Source of the DNA: Octopus bimaculoides
Taxonomy: Eukaryota
Length of the DNA: 36,917 nucleotides
Direction: 5' to 3'
NCBI RefSeq assembly: GCF_001194135.2
Contig: NC_068983.1
Location: 48,361,597-48,398,513, forward strand
Shown: piece by piece, positions 22,209-34,470 of the stretch
Numbering within the stretch: position 1 is the first letter of the stretch
Layout of the letters: every line of letters begins with the position of its first letter
Program-made: the position numbers and the translations under genes
Notes under the pieces: model-generated
Told to the model about the DNA's origin: nothing
Databases searched by the model: none
The model's input: the letters and a program-made list of their open reading frames with translations, nothing else

Positions 22209-22795
22209 ATATTCAAGGCTTGCACTCCTGCATTCCCAGATGTGCTGCTTTAGTGACCCTATCCTTTACAACTGTCAGTTTCGAGCTATAACCACCAATC
22301 ATGCCTGTCTCCTCGATTCCATATACCGAAAATCTATTTCGTAAGCAGGTTTTAACTTGCCAAAAGTAGATTTTAAACAATAGATGACGTGATAAAACAG
22401 TGGAAAGAACGTTTAATTTTCAGATCTGTTCGTCAACAGTTCTGATATTAATGGGAAATATTTTTATGGAAAGCCGAAAAGAGAGATGTTGTCACACATA
22501 GATATAGTGAAAGTCTATTTGCAATAAGTAACATAATCTCTGGTAATCCCCAAGGGTATATGGAATACCCATAAAACACTTGAAAGCAGGAGGCAACACT
22601 AGCATTTGCAGTACAGTGTATGATACTTTCTTGCTGTGAATGAACTTTGATTCCATAGTATTGGATTGCTGGATGGTTTTTCTATTGTTTATTCATAAAC
22701 ATAAAAGACTTAAGAGTGTATATGACTATTTCTGAGATATTATTCTCTAAGTATCTGTGGGTAAATATGCCAAGAACAACGTAAAACAGTCTGAT

Positions 22796-22985
22796 TTACC
22801 AGAAATTCAGTCTAGCTTCCGAGTGAGCTGAGGGACAAGGGATATGATCTTCCCGGCTGGACAACTTCAAAAGTGTGTTGAACCTCAAGTAGCACTCTGT
22901 CACGTATATGTTAACCATAATAACGCCTTTGTTACCTTAGTAGAGAAGCTTTGTGAATAATTATTCACAAACGTGGCTCGCTGAC
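22796..22985 (+). mobile_element. RTE-type reverse transcriptase fragment (decayed)
   Basis: LPEIQSSFRVS*GTRDMIFPAGQLQKC...YVNHNNAFVT(fs)SREAL matches the RTE RT motifs LPESQCGFR..RGT.DMIF..RQLQEKC and F.D..KAFD.V.RE.L. Confidence 0.7.
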
Positions 22986-23419
22986 AGTTTTACTGTACGT
23001 GAAAACAATATTGTTTTCGCAGAGTGACATTGAAAACCAATCGGACTCTAACACGTCAAAACATCATTTTAAAGTCCACAAATATACAATCATTAAAACA
23101 CCAATGAAGTAACCTTTGCATTATATCTACTTATGTATAAGTATTTCTGAACGAAAGACTTGAGGTCAGTAAAATGCTACGCCACGCAACGTCTCGTACT
23201 GAAATTACATTTATAATTTCATGAACTGTGCATACTAAAACTATTTCGTATTTTTACAGGTCCAGAATTTAATTTCTGAACAACAATTAGTTGTTAACAA
23301 TCAACAACATTGTTTTAGCGCTCACAAATATTGAAACTATTTGTTTTCCCTTTAGATCTTATGCAATGGAATCCATTACATTATTTGGTTGAACCGTTAT
23401 TAACCAGCGTCTTCCAATC

Positions 23420-23720
23420 AGTGTAATATAGTCACCATATCTTTCTCTTTGCCACGGCTGCTGCTGCAACTTTTCCTACATTTCTGAACAGCTAATGTAA
23501 CTGCCAATACTAGTCAAACTTTCTCGTAACAATTTTAACACTTTTCACAATTCTCTCTTCTTCCTACGCCGTATGAAGATGCATTACTCTGCCAGATCTG
23601 GTGCTAAAGACTATGCTCAATCATTTGCTGACAATACTATAATTCTATAAAATCCCCTACCCACAATAACTATTCTTGCAGAAACCAGCCTGCATAGGTT
23701 CAAAGTCAACATCAATCTCA
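23420..23720 (+). mobile_element. Possible very old CR1/L2-like LINE fragment
   Basis: AKDYAQSFADNTI resembles the KAELFA..FA.NSTL linker between endonuclease and RT. The match is short and weak. Confidence 0.3.
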
Positions 23721-24340
23721 TCAATTCCACTAGTCCCGTAGAGTGTGCTTGGTTAAGAAAACAGCAGCATCGGGGTTGACGTAAAACAAAGAGAAATTAT
23801 TTCACAGCCCGACATTTCTGGTTTTGTATATTATTAAAGTTCCCACAAGTACACCATGAGTGTTGACGGTTATGTATTAAACAAAACGACAAACAACTTA
23901 GAACAAATGCTTACTATGGATTAGAGTTATAGAATGAAGTTTGAAGGAAAGAGAGAAAGGGAAATCACATTCATATTCATTTATCCACATTTCCGATACA
24001 AATATGAATATAAGTAATGTATACAGGGATATATATATTTAATATTGTATAGCGAAAGTTGTATAATCACATTTAAGTTAATTTCTCGTGACTCTATCTT
24101 TAAATACGAGAGAAGTCTAAATAATGTTCCGTTCTTTAATCGTTTATGAAATATGATCTAGCAGTATAACGTAAAGTAGATGCAGTCACCTGTACAACGT
24201 CTCCACATACGTTGAATTTGCTCTTAGGTAGTAAATAAATCCATAAATATTGAAACATTTACGATTTCATGATGGCTTGTCTTATAAACATAGTGAACTG
24301 CTCTCAACAACGTGAAATATTCACTTTATATATATGAGAA

Positions 24341-24500
24341 CAGGTGTGGCTGGATAGTTCTTAAGAAGTTCAGTTTGCATCCACATGGTTTTGGGTTCGA
24401 TTTCACTGTGTGACTCCTGGGGTGGGTGCCTGGCTTTAAAGGCTCAGCCCGACAAGTATGTTGTAAGTGAATTTGATACGAGGGACGATTTGGCAGCCTG
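24341..24500 (+). mobile_element. Diverged SINE family A-like head and body
   Basis: CAGGTGTGGCTGG...CCACATGGTTTTGGGTTCGATTTCACTGTG...TTGTAAGTGAATTTG, followed by the (CA)n tract at 24502-24705. Confidence 0.6.
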
Positions 24501-24717
24501 TAGCACACACACGCACATACACACACGCGTGCACACACACGCACGCACACACACGCACACACGCACGCAAGAACGCACATACACACCAACACACGCACAT
24601 ACACGCACATACACACACATGTAAACACACACACACAAATGTATACACGCGCATAGACGCACGCACACGCGCACACGCGCACGCACGCACACACGCACAC
24701 ACAAACATATATTTCTT

Positions 24718-25091
24718 TTATCTTTTATTTCTTTCATTTATTTGACTGCGGCCATGCTGGGGCAACCATTTGAAGGCTTTTAGTCGAACAAGGTTACGGC
24801 GACATGAATACACCAACACTGGTTGTCAAGCGGTGGTGGCGGTGGTAGTGGTGAGGCAAACACAACGACACACAAACATAGAAATATACATACATAGATG
24901 CACACACACATATACACACACACACACACATATACGTCGGGCTTCGTTCAGTTTCCATCTACCGAATCCACTCACAAGGCTTTGGTCGGCCCGTGGCTAT
25001 AGTAGATGATACTGACTGACGTTGCCACGCAGTAGGACTAAACCCAGAACGATGTGGTTGGGAAGTAACCTTCCTAAAACACAGCCACGCA
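24718..25091 (-). mobile_element. SINE family A, near full length
   Basis: Tail TTTGACTGCGGCCATGCTGG, internal CA tract, and head ending ACAGCCACGC on the + strand. Confidence 0.85.
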
Positions 25092-25121
25092 CACGCATAC
25101 ACACACACACACACACACACG

Positions 25122-25164
<43 letters not shown>

Positions 25165-25949
25165 NNNNNNNNNNNNNNNNNNNNNNNNNNNNNNNNNNNN
25201 NNNNNNNNNNNNNNNNNNNNNNNNNNNNNNNNNNNNNNNNNNNNNNNNNNNNNNNNNNNNNNNNNNNNNNNNNNNNNNNNNNNNNNNNNNNNNNNNNNNN
25301 NNNNNNNNNNNNNNNNNNNNNNNNNNNNNNNNNNNNNNNNNNNNNNNNNNNNNNNNNNNNNNNNNNNNNNNNNNNNNNNNNNNNNNNNNNNNNNNNNNNN
25401 NNNNNNNNNNNNNNNNNNNNNNNNNNNNNNNNNNNNNNNNNNNNNNNNNNNNNNNNNNNNNNNNNNNNNNNNNNNNNNNNNNNNNNNNNNNNNNNNNNNN
25501 NNNNNNNNNNNNNNNNNNNNNNNNNNNNNNNNNNNNNNNNNNNNNNNNNNNNNNNNNNNNNNNNNNNNNNNNNNNNNNNNNNNNNNNNNNNNNNNNNNNN
25601 NNNNNNNNNNNNNNNNNNNNNNNNNNNNNNNNNNNNNNNNNNNNNNNNNNNNNNNNNNNNNNNNNNNNNNNNNNNNNNNNNNNNNNNNNNNNNNNNNNNN
25701 NNNNNNNNNNNNNNNNNNNNNNNNNNNNNNNNNNNNNNNNNNNNNNNNNNNNNNNNNNNNNNNNNNNNNNNNNNNNNNNNNNNNNNNNNNNNNNNNNNNN
25801 NNNNNNNNNNNNNNNNNNNNNNNNNNNNNNNNNNNNNNNNNNNNNNNNNNNNNNNNNNNNNNNNNNNNNNNNNNNNNNNNNNNNNNNNNNNNNNNNNNNN
25901 NNNNNNNNNNNNNNNNNNNNNNNNNNNNNNNNNNNNNNNNNNNNNNNNN

Positions 25950-26038
<89 letters not shown>

Positions 26039-26359
26039 TAGATAGATAAATACATACATACATACATACACACGTATATTTGTCTGTGCATGTGTGTTTG
26101 TGCATGTTTGCATGTGCGTGAGTGTGTGTATGTGTGGGTGTTAGAATTTATATGTACAAGTAGGTACACGACTGCTACTGTTACATTTAGCCCACACCGT
26201 AGATATTTGTAATTGTGTCTGCTTTCAGTATGGTTTCAAACAAACTATTGCATGGCATGATATTACAAGTTATGAGCTTCCGCCACAGGATACAAATCAA
26301 CCATAATGAAGAAACGAGCGTAGGAGATTTAATAATAAGTAAACCTGTGTTTTATCCAT

Positions 26360-26450
26360 GCCTCTCATATTTACGACTAAAACCCTTCATAGCGGCGTCA
26401 CAGCATGGCTGCAATGCAATGACTGAATCAAGTAGAACATAAAAGATATG
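26360..26450 (+). mobile_element. Diverged SINE A-type 3' tail
   Basis: ACGACTAAAACCCTTCATAGCGGCGTCACAGCATGGCTGCAATGCAATGACTGAATCAAGTAGAACATAAAAGA. Confidence 0.5.
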
Positions 26451-29049
26451 TGTGTATGTGTTTGTATGACTATATGTGTGTGTATGTGTGTGTTTGTATG
26501 CTTGCTTGTGAGTGTATGTTTTATAGCGTTAAATCAATTGCGAAGATGAATTACAAAGTGATACTTAAAGGTTGTCTAGCTTCAATAGATAACGTAGCAG
26601 TGCCTCATGTTTGCATTTAAATTTCATTTACTTCATTTTTTTATTTATTATCAACCATAATAACACACCTGACCAGTTGTGTACACGTATATACTGTAAT
26701 CACATGTATCTATTTGAGAGAAGTATTGTTATCGTAATTTTTCTCTTTTTTTCTTTTATAAATATAGTTTAACAAGTACTTTGTGTTGAAAGCTAATTAG
26801 TTGGTCTCTAGGGGGCCATCGCACCAGCTGCAAAACTATGGCCATAGGTCAACTTCGGCGTTATAGGAGATGTTTGTAATTGAATACAATAGTTGATAAT
26901 TTAAAATGTTTTCCGATTATAGAAAATACCGTTGGGTGGAAATGGCTAATAATAGTTATTTGAAGGCAAGTTCATTATCTGAATGTGTGTTGTTTATTCC
27001 AGCCTTTGGAAACCAAAAGTCTTTGTTATTCGGGTTAGTCAAGGGGGAAGAAAAAATAAAAATAACAGTTTAGAAAATAAATAGCATTATAAATATATAA
27101 AGTAAAATCAAATTGAATAAAAAAAACAACGGAATTTAAAATAGAAATCACTGTCTATGCGGTCTTCAATTAAAAGTTTGTTTGATTTATAGTTTTAAGG
27201 TTACTTCAGGCTAGATATTTTGGTTTATATATTTTTTTACGTTTTATATGAGAAGTCAATGAATGAAGTCAAGTCAGACAGAAAATACAGCTACAAACAC
27301 ACATACACACACACACGTGTGTGTGTATGTGTACGAGTGTATGCATGTTTGTGTGTGTATAGCAGTAGGTACTCACATACATGTGACGCACTAATATATG
27401 TATATCTACATGCATACCCATATTCATATATATATATATATATANNNNNNNNNNNNNNNNNNNNNNNNNNNNNNNNNNNNNNNNNNNNNNNNNNNNNNNN
27501 NNNNNNNNNNNNNNNNNNNNNNNNNNNNNNNNNNNNNNNNNNNNNNNNNNNNNNNNNNNNNNNNNNNNNNNNNNNNNNNNNNNNNNNNNNNNNNNNNNNN
27601 NNNNNNNNNNNNNNNNNNNNNNNNNNNNNNNNNNNNNNNNNNNNNNNNNNNNNNNNNNNNNNNNNNNNNNNNNNNNNNNNNNNNNNNNNNNNNNNNNNNN
27701 NNNNNNNNNNNNNNNNNNNNNNNNNNNNNNNNNNNNNNNNNNNNNNNNNNNNNNNNNNNNNNNNNNNNNNNNNNNNNNNNNNNNNNNNTATATATATATA
27801 TATATATATATCCACACAGAAACAGGCATACAGACAAATACCCGCGCACACACAGACACACACATATCCAAACATGCGCGCGCACATACACACACACACA
27901 CACACATATATACACACACACTGTAAAGCAAGCTATCACTGAGCACAATCTAAGACTGGATTCCAATTTCCGAGTAATAAATTATTCACTGAAACTAGAT
28001 ATCCATAGTCTAATTGAATAGAATGAGATATTCCAAGAATTTCTTAGTATAACCATTCTATTATTTGAATAAAACCAACAAGCCTCCATATATCCTTATT
28101 CCGGGAATTATTTGTAAATTGCCTCAGATCCAAATTTAAAATTTAAAACTTCCAAATGTCTACACTAACACTAACATGTTGATAGTATTCCTTACTCTTT
28201 AATGATCAATGTGCTTTCTTGAGCTGTATGATGCCACCGAAAAAAGCCCTGAAACGCTGCACATTCTGTGCGAATTCCAAGTCAATTGATAGTGTTCCCT
28301 AATCTATAGGGATGAACATGCTTTCTGCAACAGTAAGATATCTTAATTTGGAGCCGTAAAAAATTTTGAAACGATAATCTTAAATGACGTTATGTCACAC
28401 GTTCTGAGAGAATCGAGCCTGAATATGTTAATTGCTGTTGTGATTCGTCACAGATCAACGTCTTCTGTATGCTGAGTCTGTGTTCGTAACGCATTCGATC
28501 CATCAGCGCAAAGGATTCTGGGCAATCGTTGTTTCGATATCGTTGTGACTCGCTAACTAAACGCATTCTGGACTGAGAAAGCTAAAAAAAAGTTCGAGGC
28601 ACATGTTTAAAACTACTTTATTGGTCAGTGCTGCTAATTGCCAACCATTAATAAATTGTCATATGTATGTTGAATAGCGAGAATCAAAATGGTGACCTGC
28701 ATATTTTTTCTAAATATATTCTGGTACATTCGAATGTGAACTGCTACTCGAAACGTTAAAATAGCTAGTATTAATCACCCACAAAGCTAATAACTCCGGC
28801 AATGAATCTTTCTTTCTCAGGTATAACTTGTGTTTAAGATAACTGAAGTACTTACTTGGTTTGGTGAAATTACACGTGGTGAAAGCTGTTGCGGCAGTTG
28901 TAATGTAAATTCTATTAGCAGAGTTGCGTAGATCTTTCGAAAGCTTATTCGTATCATTCAGACAGACGCTATATCTCATACTAGGTGCAGGCATGATTGT
29001 GTAGTTAACTATGTGTGAGAAACTATGAGCAGGTATGTTTTACGTTTGG

Positions 29050-29105
29050 ACCTTGATCAATGGAAATTGTGTGGAGGCCCGTCGTTTGCGTGTGTGCATG
29101 TGTGT

Positions 29106-29154
<49 letters not shown>

Positions 29155-29305
29155 GGTTTGTCCCCCATCACCTGACAACCGATGCTGGTTTATTTTTGGC
29201 CACACAAATTAGAGGTTCGGCTTATATAGACGGACTGGATAAATAACAAGCACGTGATATAAGATGTAAGAATTAGGACCGATTTATTTGACTAAACTTT
29301 TGAAA
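29050..29305 (+). mobile_element. Diverged SINE family A-like copy with internal (TG)n
   Basis: GGAAATTGTGTGGAGGCCCGTCG-(TG)n-TTTGTCCCCCATCACCTGACAACCGATGCTGG. Confidence 0.6.
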
Positions 29306-29677
29306 GATAAATGATGGAGAATCTAATATACAGAGTTTTAATTCTGGTCTTTGAATTAAGCATCTTTCTAAGTATGTCTACGAATAGACAAAACGCCGGC
29401 CCTGATTTTGAAAACGCTTCTAAATATCAAATGAAAATATAACATCTAAATGGATTACTTTGCAGAAAGAAATTCTCCTGTGTTGTATAAAGTATTCAAA
29501 TATAATATAAGATAATTCCTTTCCACGACTTCCCACATACAAGCCTTTGTTAAAATAATCAACTGTCATGCATCGTACGCGATTTAGCTAAATGCACAAT
29601 GCTCTGAAGATAATTTGCACTGTGCTAATGTTATGCATGGGTTGCAGGGTAATAATAATAATAATAATAATAATAAT

Positions 29678-29921
29678 CCTATCATAGTAGGTGCCTTAGG
29701 TATAATAAAAAAATATTCAGACAAATACATAACAAAAACACCAGGACTTACAAATATATATAACATACAGAAAATTGCACTACTGGGTACTGCTCACATT
29801 CTACGCAAAACACTTTCAATACAGTAAACATAAGAGCACCACAGCAAACCACAGCACATACCCAAGGCGCACAGAGCTGCGCTCGGTAGTGAAGTGAAAG
29901 CACGTTATAAAAATAAAACTA

Positions 29922-29924
<3 letters not shown>
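29678..29924 (+). mobile_element. 5'-truncated R4/Dong-like LINE inserted in an (AAT)n tract
   Basis: Uninterrupted C-terminus PIIVGALGIIKKYSDKYITKTPGLTNIYNIQKIALLGTAHILRKTLSIQ* (stop 29825-29827) and a 97-bp UTR, with (AAT)n on both sides (29651-29677 and from 29925). Confidence 0.85.
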
Positions 29925-29956
<32 letters not shown>

Positions 29957-30101
29957 CAATAATAAGTTGTCGATCAAAAGTTGTTGATATATATAAAATA
30001 GTATTGAGTAACTTGACTATTAATAGTTTCCATATCCTTATTTTTGTTGTTTGTTTATGATACCTGTATTAGATGTGTTAAAATTGTAGTTGTTAATTAC
30101 T

Positions 30102-30280
30102 TCTATTCTTTTATTCTTTCAGTTGTTCCAGTTCTTTGATTCCTGCCATGCTGGAGCACCGTTTTAAAGGGTGTCAGTCGACGAAATCGTCCTCCAGGAC
30201 ATAAACATACAAACATCGATTTTCAAGCGATGGCGGGACAAACAAAAGACGTACACACACGCGCGCGCGCGTATACACAC

Positions 30281-30311
<31 letters not shown>

Positions 30312-30469
30312 CGAAGAGCTTCTTCAAGTTTCCGTCTACCAAATCCACCCACAAGGCTTTGGTCGGTCTGCTGCTATAGTAGAAGACAATTGCCCTAGGT
30401 GCCACACATTGGGACTGAACTCGGAACCGTGTGGTCAGGAAGCTTGCTACTTACCACACAGCCACGCCT
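30102..30469 (-). mobile_element. SINE family A, full length
   Basis: Tail GCCATGCTGGAGCACCG, internal CA/CG/TA tract, and head ending CTTACCACACAGCCACGCC on the + strand. Confidence 0.85.
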
Positions 30470-30918
30470 CGCGCGGGCTTCTCTAAATCATAATGATTTC
30501 TATGCCAAGCAGTATGTAATAATGTAACTGTATTTAATTATTCGTCCATTAATAACTTCGGGGATGTAGTTATTATGAATCTAAAATTATGAATCTCCAG
30601 AGTTGACTCTTCTGATGCTTCAATAAAATAAATAGCAGCAGTAATTGTCCAGCCTTAATTCTTTACTCGTCAAATATCTATATCTCGATTGTGTAAAAAT
30701 ATTTAACGTCACAACGATGACTTAATGAATATGATGGTAAAGATAAACACTGAAAATAATATTTGCTAATGATTGTAAATTGCGTTGTCAGATAAATTTG
30801 TTCGTTTTTTTTTTCTTTTTTTACTATAAAATTTATTCATATCTCTAAAACTATAAATAACAGTTGCAGAGGAAGAGTAGAGCTACGAAATATCATGAAC
30901 ACAACGATAAAAGTATTT

Positions 30919-31269
30919 TTGCCAACCAAGTGTGGCGTCCTATACGGGACGGTGCTACTGACGTTTATAACTCCAGAAAGACATCTCTTCCAGCTGGCTA
31001 ACGACAAACATTCTGCGTCCGGTTAGTATTTTGCGAGTGGAGTGAGTTTTCATCACTAGCTGGTGATTAACGCAGGCTGAGACGGGTATCAACCAAGAAA
31101 CTCGAGTCCGTGTGTATCACGTAAGGCTAGGGATGGGAGCGATGACCTCCCTTCGAAAATACTAATCGGACACAAAATGTGTGTCGTTAGTCAGCTGGAA
31201 GAGATGTCTTCCTGGAGCTATAAACAACAGTAACACTGTCCCGTATAGGACGCCACACTTGGCTGGCAA
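30919..31269. mobile_element. MITE-like element with 114-bp TIRs
   Basis: 30919-31032 versus 31156-31269 align without gaps (TTGCCA[A/G]CCAAGTGTGGCGTCCTATACGGGAC...), with a 123-bp spacer. No clear TSD. Confidence 0.8.
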
Positions 31270-31631
31270 TTATATGTTACGATTCCGTATGGCGACTGTT
31301 TATATCTCGCTCTGAGATTTAATACAGCTTATTTCTCCTTTTACGTTTGTGCTAATTGACATAACGTTGGAAAGGATTAAAATAAATAGGACCCCCCCCC
31401 CCCCAAAAAAAAAAAACCGAGTATAACTCATAGCACATTATTTTAGAATTCCCTCTCTATTTCAGTACATTTTCAAGTAATTTCACTCTTTTGCTATACA
31501 GTTATACATTTATTTATACCTCGTGGGATATTAGTAAGAAAGAGCTGGAATATTAGTGAGAAAGAGCTGGAATATATGCTACCAGACCCTGTGCGCGGAG
31601 GACACAATTTACCAGTAGACTAAAGCTATAG

Positions 31632-31997
31632 GTCGGTTACGACGACGAGGGTTCCAGTTGATGCGATCAACGGAACAGCCTGCTCGTGAAATTAATGTGC
31701 AAGTGGCTGAGCACACCACAGACACGTGTACCCTTAACATAGTTCTCGGAGAAATTCAGCGTGACATAGAGTGTGACAAGACTGGCCCTTTGAAATACAG
31801 ATACAACAGAAACAGGAAGAAAGAGTGAGAGAAAGTTGTGGTGAAAGAGTTCAGCCGGGTTCGCCACCTGCCCCTGCCGGAGCCTCGTGGAATTTTAGGA
31901 GTGTTTGCTCAATAAACACTCCCAAAACCCGGTCTGGGGATCGAAACTGCGATCCTATGACCGCGAGTCCGCTGCTCTAACCACTGGGCCATTGCGC
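31632..31997 (-). mobile_element. tRNA-derived SINE family B
   Basis: Co-linear with 15406-15778; A-box TGGCCCAGTGG and B-box GTTTCGATCCC on the minus strand. Confidence 0.9.
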
Positions 31998-34299
31998 GCT
32001 CATAAAAGCTACAAATTACAACGCTGAAATGAAAGGGAAAATTAGAAAAGCCTATTATTGAAGAGTAATAATATAAAATTAACCTCAATGCTTGACATAA
32101 GATTATAGGAAAATATACATCTGCCCTCAAGTTATAAACTACAGCATTAAAATAATAAATTGGAAAAGATTGTATATTGGGCTGTTTAGTTAGAAAGAAA
32201 GCAAGGAACTACCAGTAGCGTCCTGACGCTACTAGCGCTGAATTTTGTTTAAACAGAATATAACTACCCTACATAAAACAAAAGACCGGAACAAATATAA
32301 ACAACAGACTAATACTATGTAAATACTGTGAGATTACTCATTTGAAATAACCAAAGAAAAAGTGATTAGTGTTAGAGAGAGACATGACATAAAGAAAAAA
32401 TGAACAGAAAACATACCTAAGTATATAATGAAACAATAATGTACAAACTACAAACTGGCTTTATTGAAGAAATATATTTAGGTTGTGAGCAAACAGCAGA
32501 TAAGTGTCAGAGAAATACTTGCCTAGCTAGAGATTTGATCTGTGTCTGTGTGTTAAACACAAGCAATTAAAGAGTGGCAGACGCATATTAGCTATTGAAA
32601 AACACACAAAAACTGTAAGTATTTGATATTTGGTGCTGATATTTACGCCGCTCCAACTGAGACCTAATAAGTGATACATTTACACGGCACAGTTGAAGAA
32701 TGAAAACAAATGACTTAAAAGAAGCGAAAGGTCAGATTTTTTCTTTGACATGAACGTTGCCAAAATTGAAAAATATTATGAAGACGGATAGATTAAGATT
32801 TGATAAACGTCAAGTGCAAATTATGCAATCGATACTCTGTGGCAATTTTCCACATTATTTCTGGTCTTTCTGTCTTTACTAAATCCGAGTATACCCACAG
32901 AGTCGATCAAGTCAGCTGCTATTTATACCGGAAAACACTCCGACACTTCGAAAAGACAGAAATGGTGCAATCATAACAAACATTTCACATTACGATGATC
33001 TGTCAGCAATCATCTTGGTTTATGTAGGAGATGCATGTAAATGTTACTGTCATTTCACTTCCTCCTTTCTTTTGGAAGCAATATTTCTTACTCCCTACTG
33101 ACATGTATTGTACTATCATACGTCCAACTCTTTTGCTGAATATGTCGACTTTCAAACATATATAAGCACATACGGATTTAGGACTAACATTTTTTTCCCG
33201 TTTTTCATTACAGAGAATATTTTCAAGGTTCTTCTTATTGTAGTGAACTACTCATCACTAACTGCGTGAACAATGGTAAACGAATAAAATTCGTATGCAT
33301 AGTATACCTAAGACAATATTATCGAGCAATATATTTTCTGACGAGATTTATATTTTTATGGTAGTAAGGTGTGATTAAACGGAAATTTGGGTAATATTTT
33401 AGCAGGTGAAATAACAATACAGTGGCTGCCTCATTGTGAGTTTAATGTTGCAATTAATATCAACATTCGTATAATATTTTTGTTATTACGATTGTTAGTA
33501 TTATTCATAAAGAATTATTGTTGCTATTAACGTTGCAATCATTGTAGTTATTTGAGTAAAATCTTCCCTATATTTATATATATCACATTTTCTTTCCCCA
33601 CATCTGAAGGATGAATGGAGGTACCGATATTATTGAAAACGTCTAACATCTTCACCGCCATAACACTTTTAATGTAAATTTTTGCTTTGAAGCAGAAACA
33701 AATTCTAATTAAAAGTTTTATCCCTTAAATTGGCAAGATATATGGAAAGATATATAGGAATTCAGCTATCGTCTTCTCAATATAATCACAATAAAATAAC
33801 AACGCAATAATATAATAAAAAACAATAAATCTAATAACAAGTCAAGTTGGAGGTACTTGGCAACACGTCTTTTTGCAATAAAATACATAAAGAGAAACAG
33901 TAATAATAATTCTAATAATAATGAAAACCTCCCTATTGTGAATTTAATGCGATCACGATGCATGTATCATAAACGCGGAAAGGATTTCCTTTCAAACATT
34001 TAATCCCAACAAAAGGTTTGCTTCTAAAGCTAACGTCCATGAAGATAAAACGAAAGTAAAATTAAACAAATAAACAAACAAGCAAACATGCAAATAAGCA
34101 AACAAGAACATGTTGAATGAAACTGGAAATAACAATAGCTTGGAAATTTACAAGTACGCTACAGAGGCATGTTACATCCAACAGATACAACAGAGACTTG
34201 GATAATAAGTAACGAAGATCTAAGAGGAAAACAGAGCTCAGATACGCTAAAGAAAGAACTTGGATACGTAAACAATAATAAATGCAAATCAACGAACTG

Positions 34300-34470
34300 T
34301 TCTTTTAACTTTTTCTTGTTTCATTTATTAGACTGCGGCCATATTGGGGCACCATCTACAAGAGTTTAGTTGAAGAAATCAACACTAACTTATTCTATTA
34401 ATCTCCTTTGCTAAGTTACGAGGGACATAAACAAAACTGACGTGTACAGCGGTGTGAGTCAAACAACATA
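34300..34470 (-). mobile_element. Diverged SINE family A 3' half
   Basis: CTTGTTTCATTTATTAGACTGCGGCCATATTGGGGCACC...CTTATTCTAT...GCTAAGTTACGAGGGACATAAAC. Confidence 0.6.

Noticed and set aside
22240-22340. + strand candidate exon (CATTCCCAG...GTAAGC) reading MCCFSDPILYNCQFRAITTNHACLLDSIYRKSI
   Set aside because: Good splice signals but no recognisable protein or partner exon; unresolved without RNA-seq.
26229-26306. + strand candidate terminal exon YGFKQTIAWHDITSYELPPQDTNQP-stop
   Set aside because: Unrecognised peptide, and it adjoins a decayed SINE tail from which it may derive.
28856-28980. Minus-strand candidate exon with a GTAAGT donor (MRYSVCLNDTNKLSKDLRNSANRIYITTAATAFTTCNFTKP)
   Set aside because: No homology recognised, and its phase does not join directly to the vWA-like candidate.
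32214-32235. 9-bp hairpin AGTAGCGTC-CT-GACGCTACT with overlapping CTAG (Helitron 3' end-like)
   Set aside because: CTAG overlaps the hairpin instead of lying about 10 nt downstream, and no 5' end or second copy is seen.
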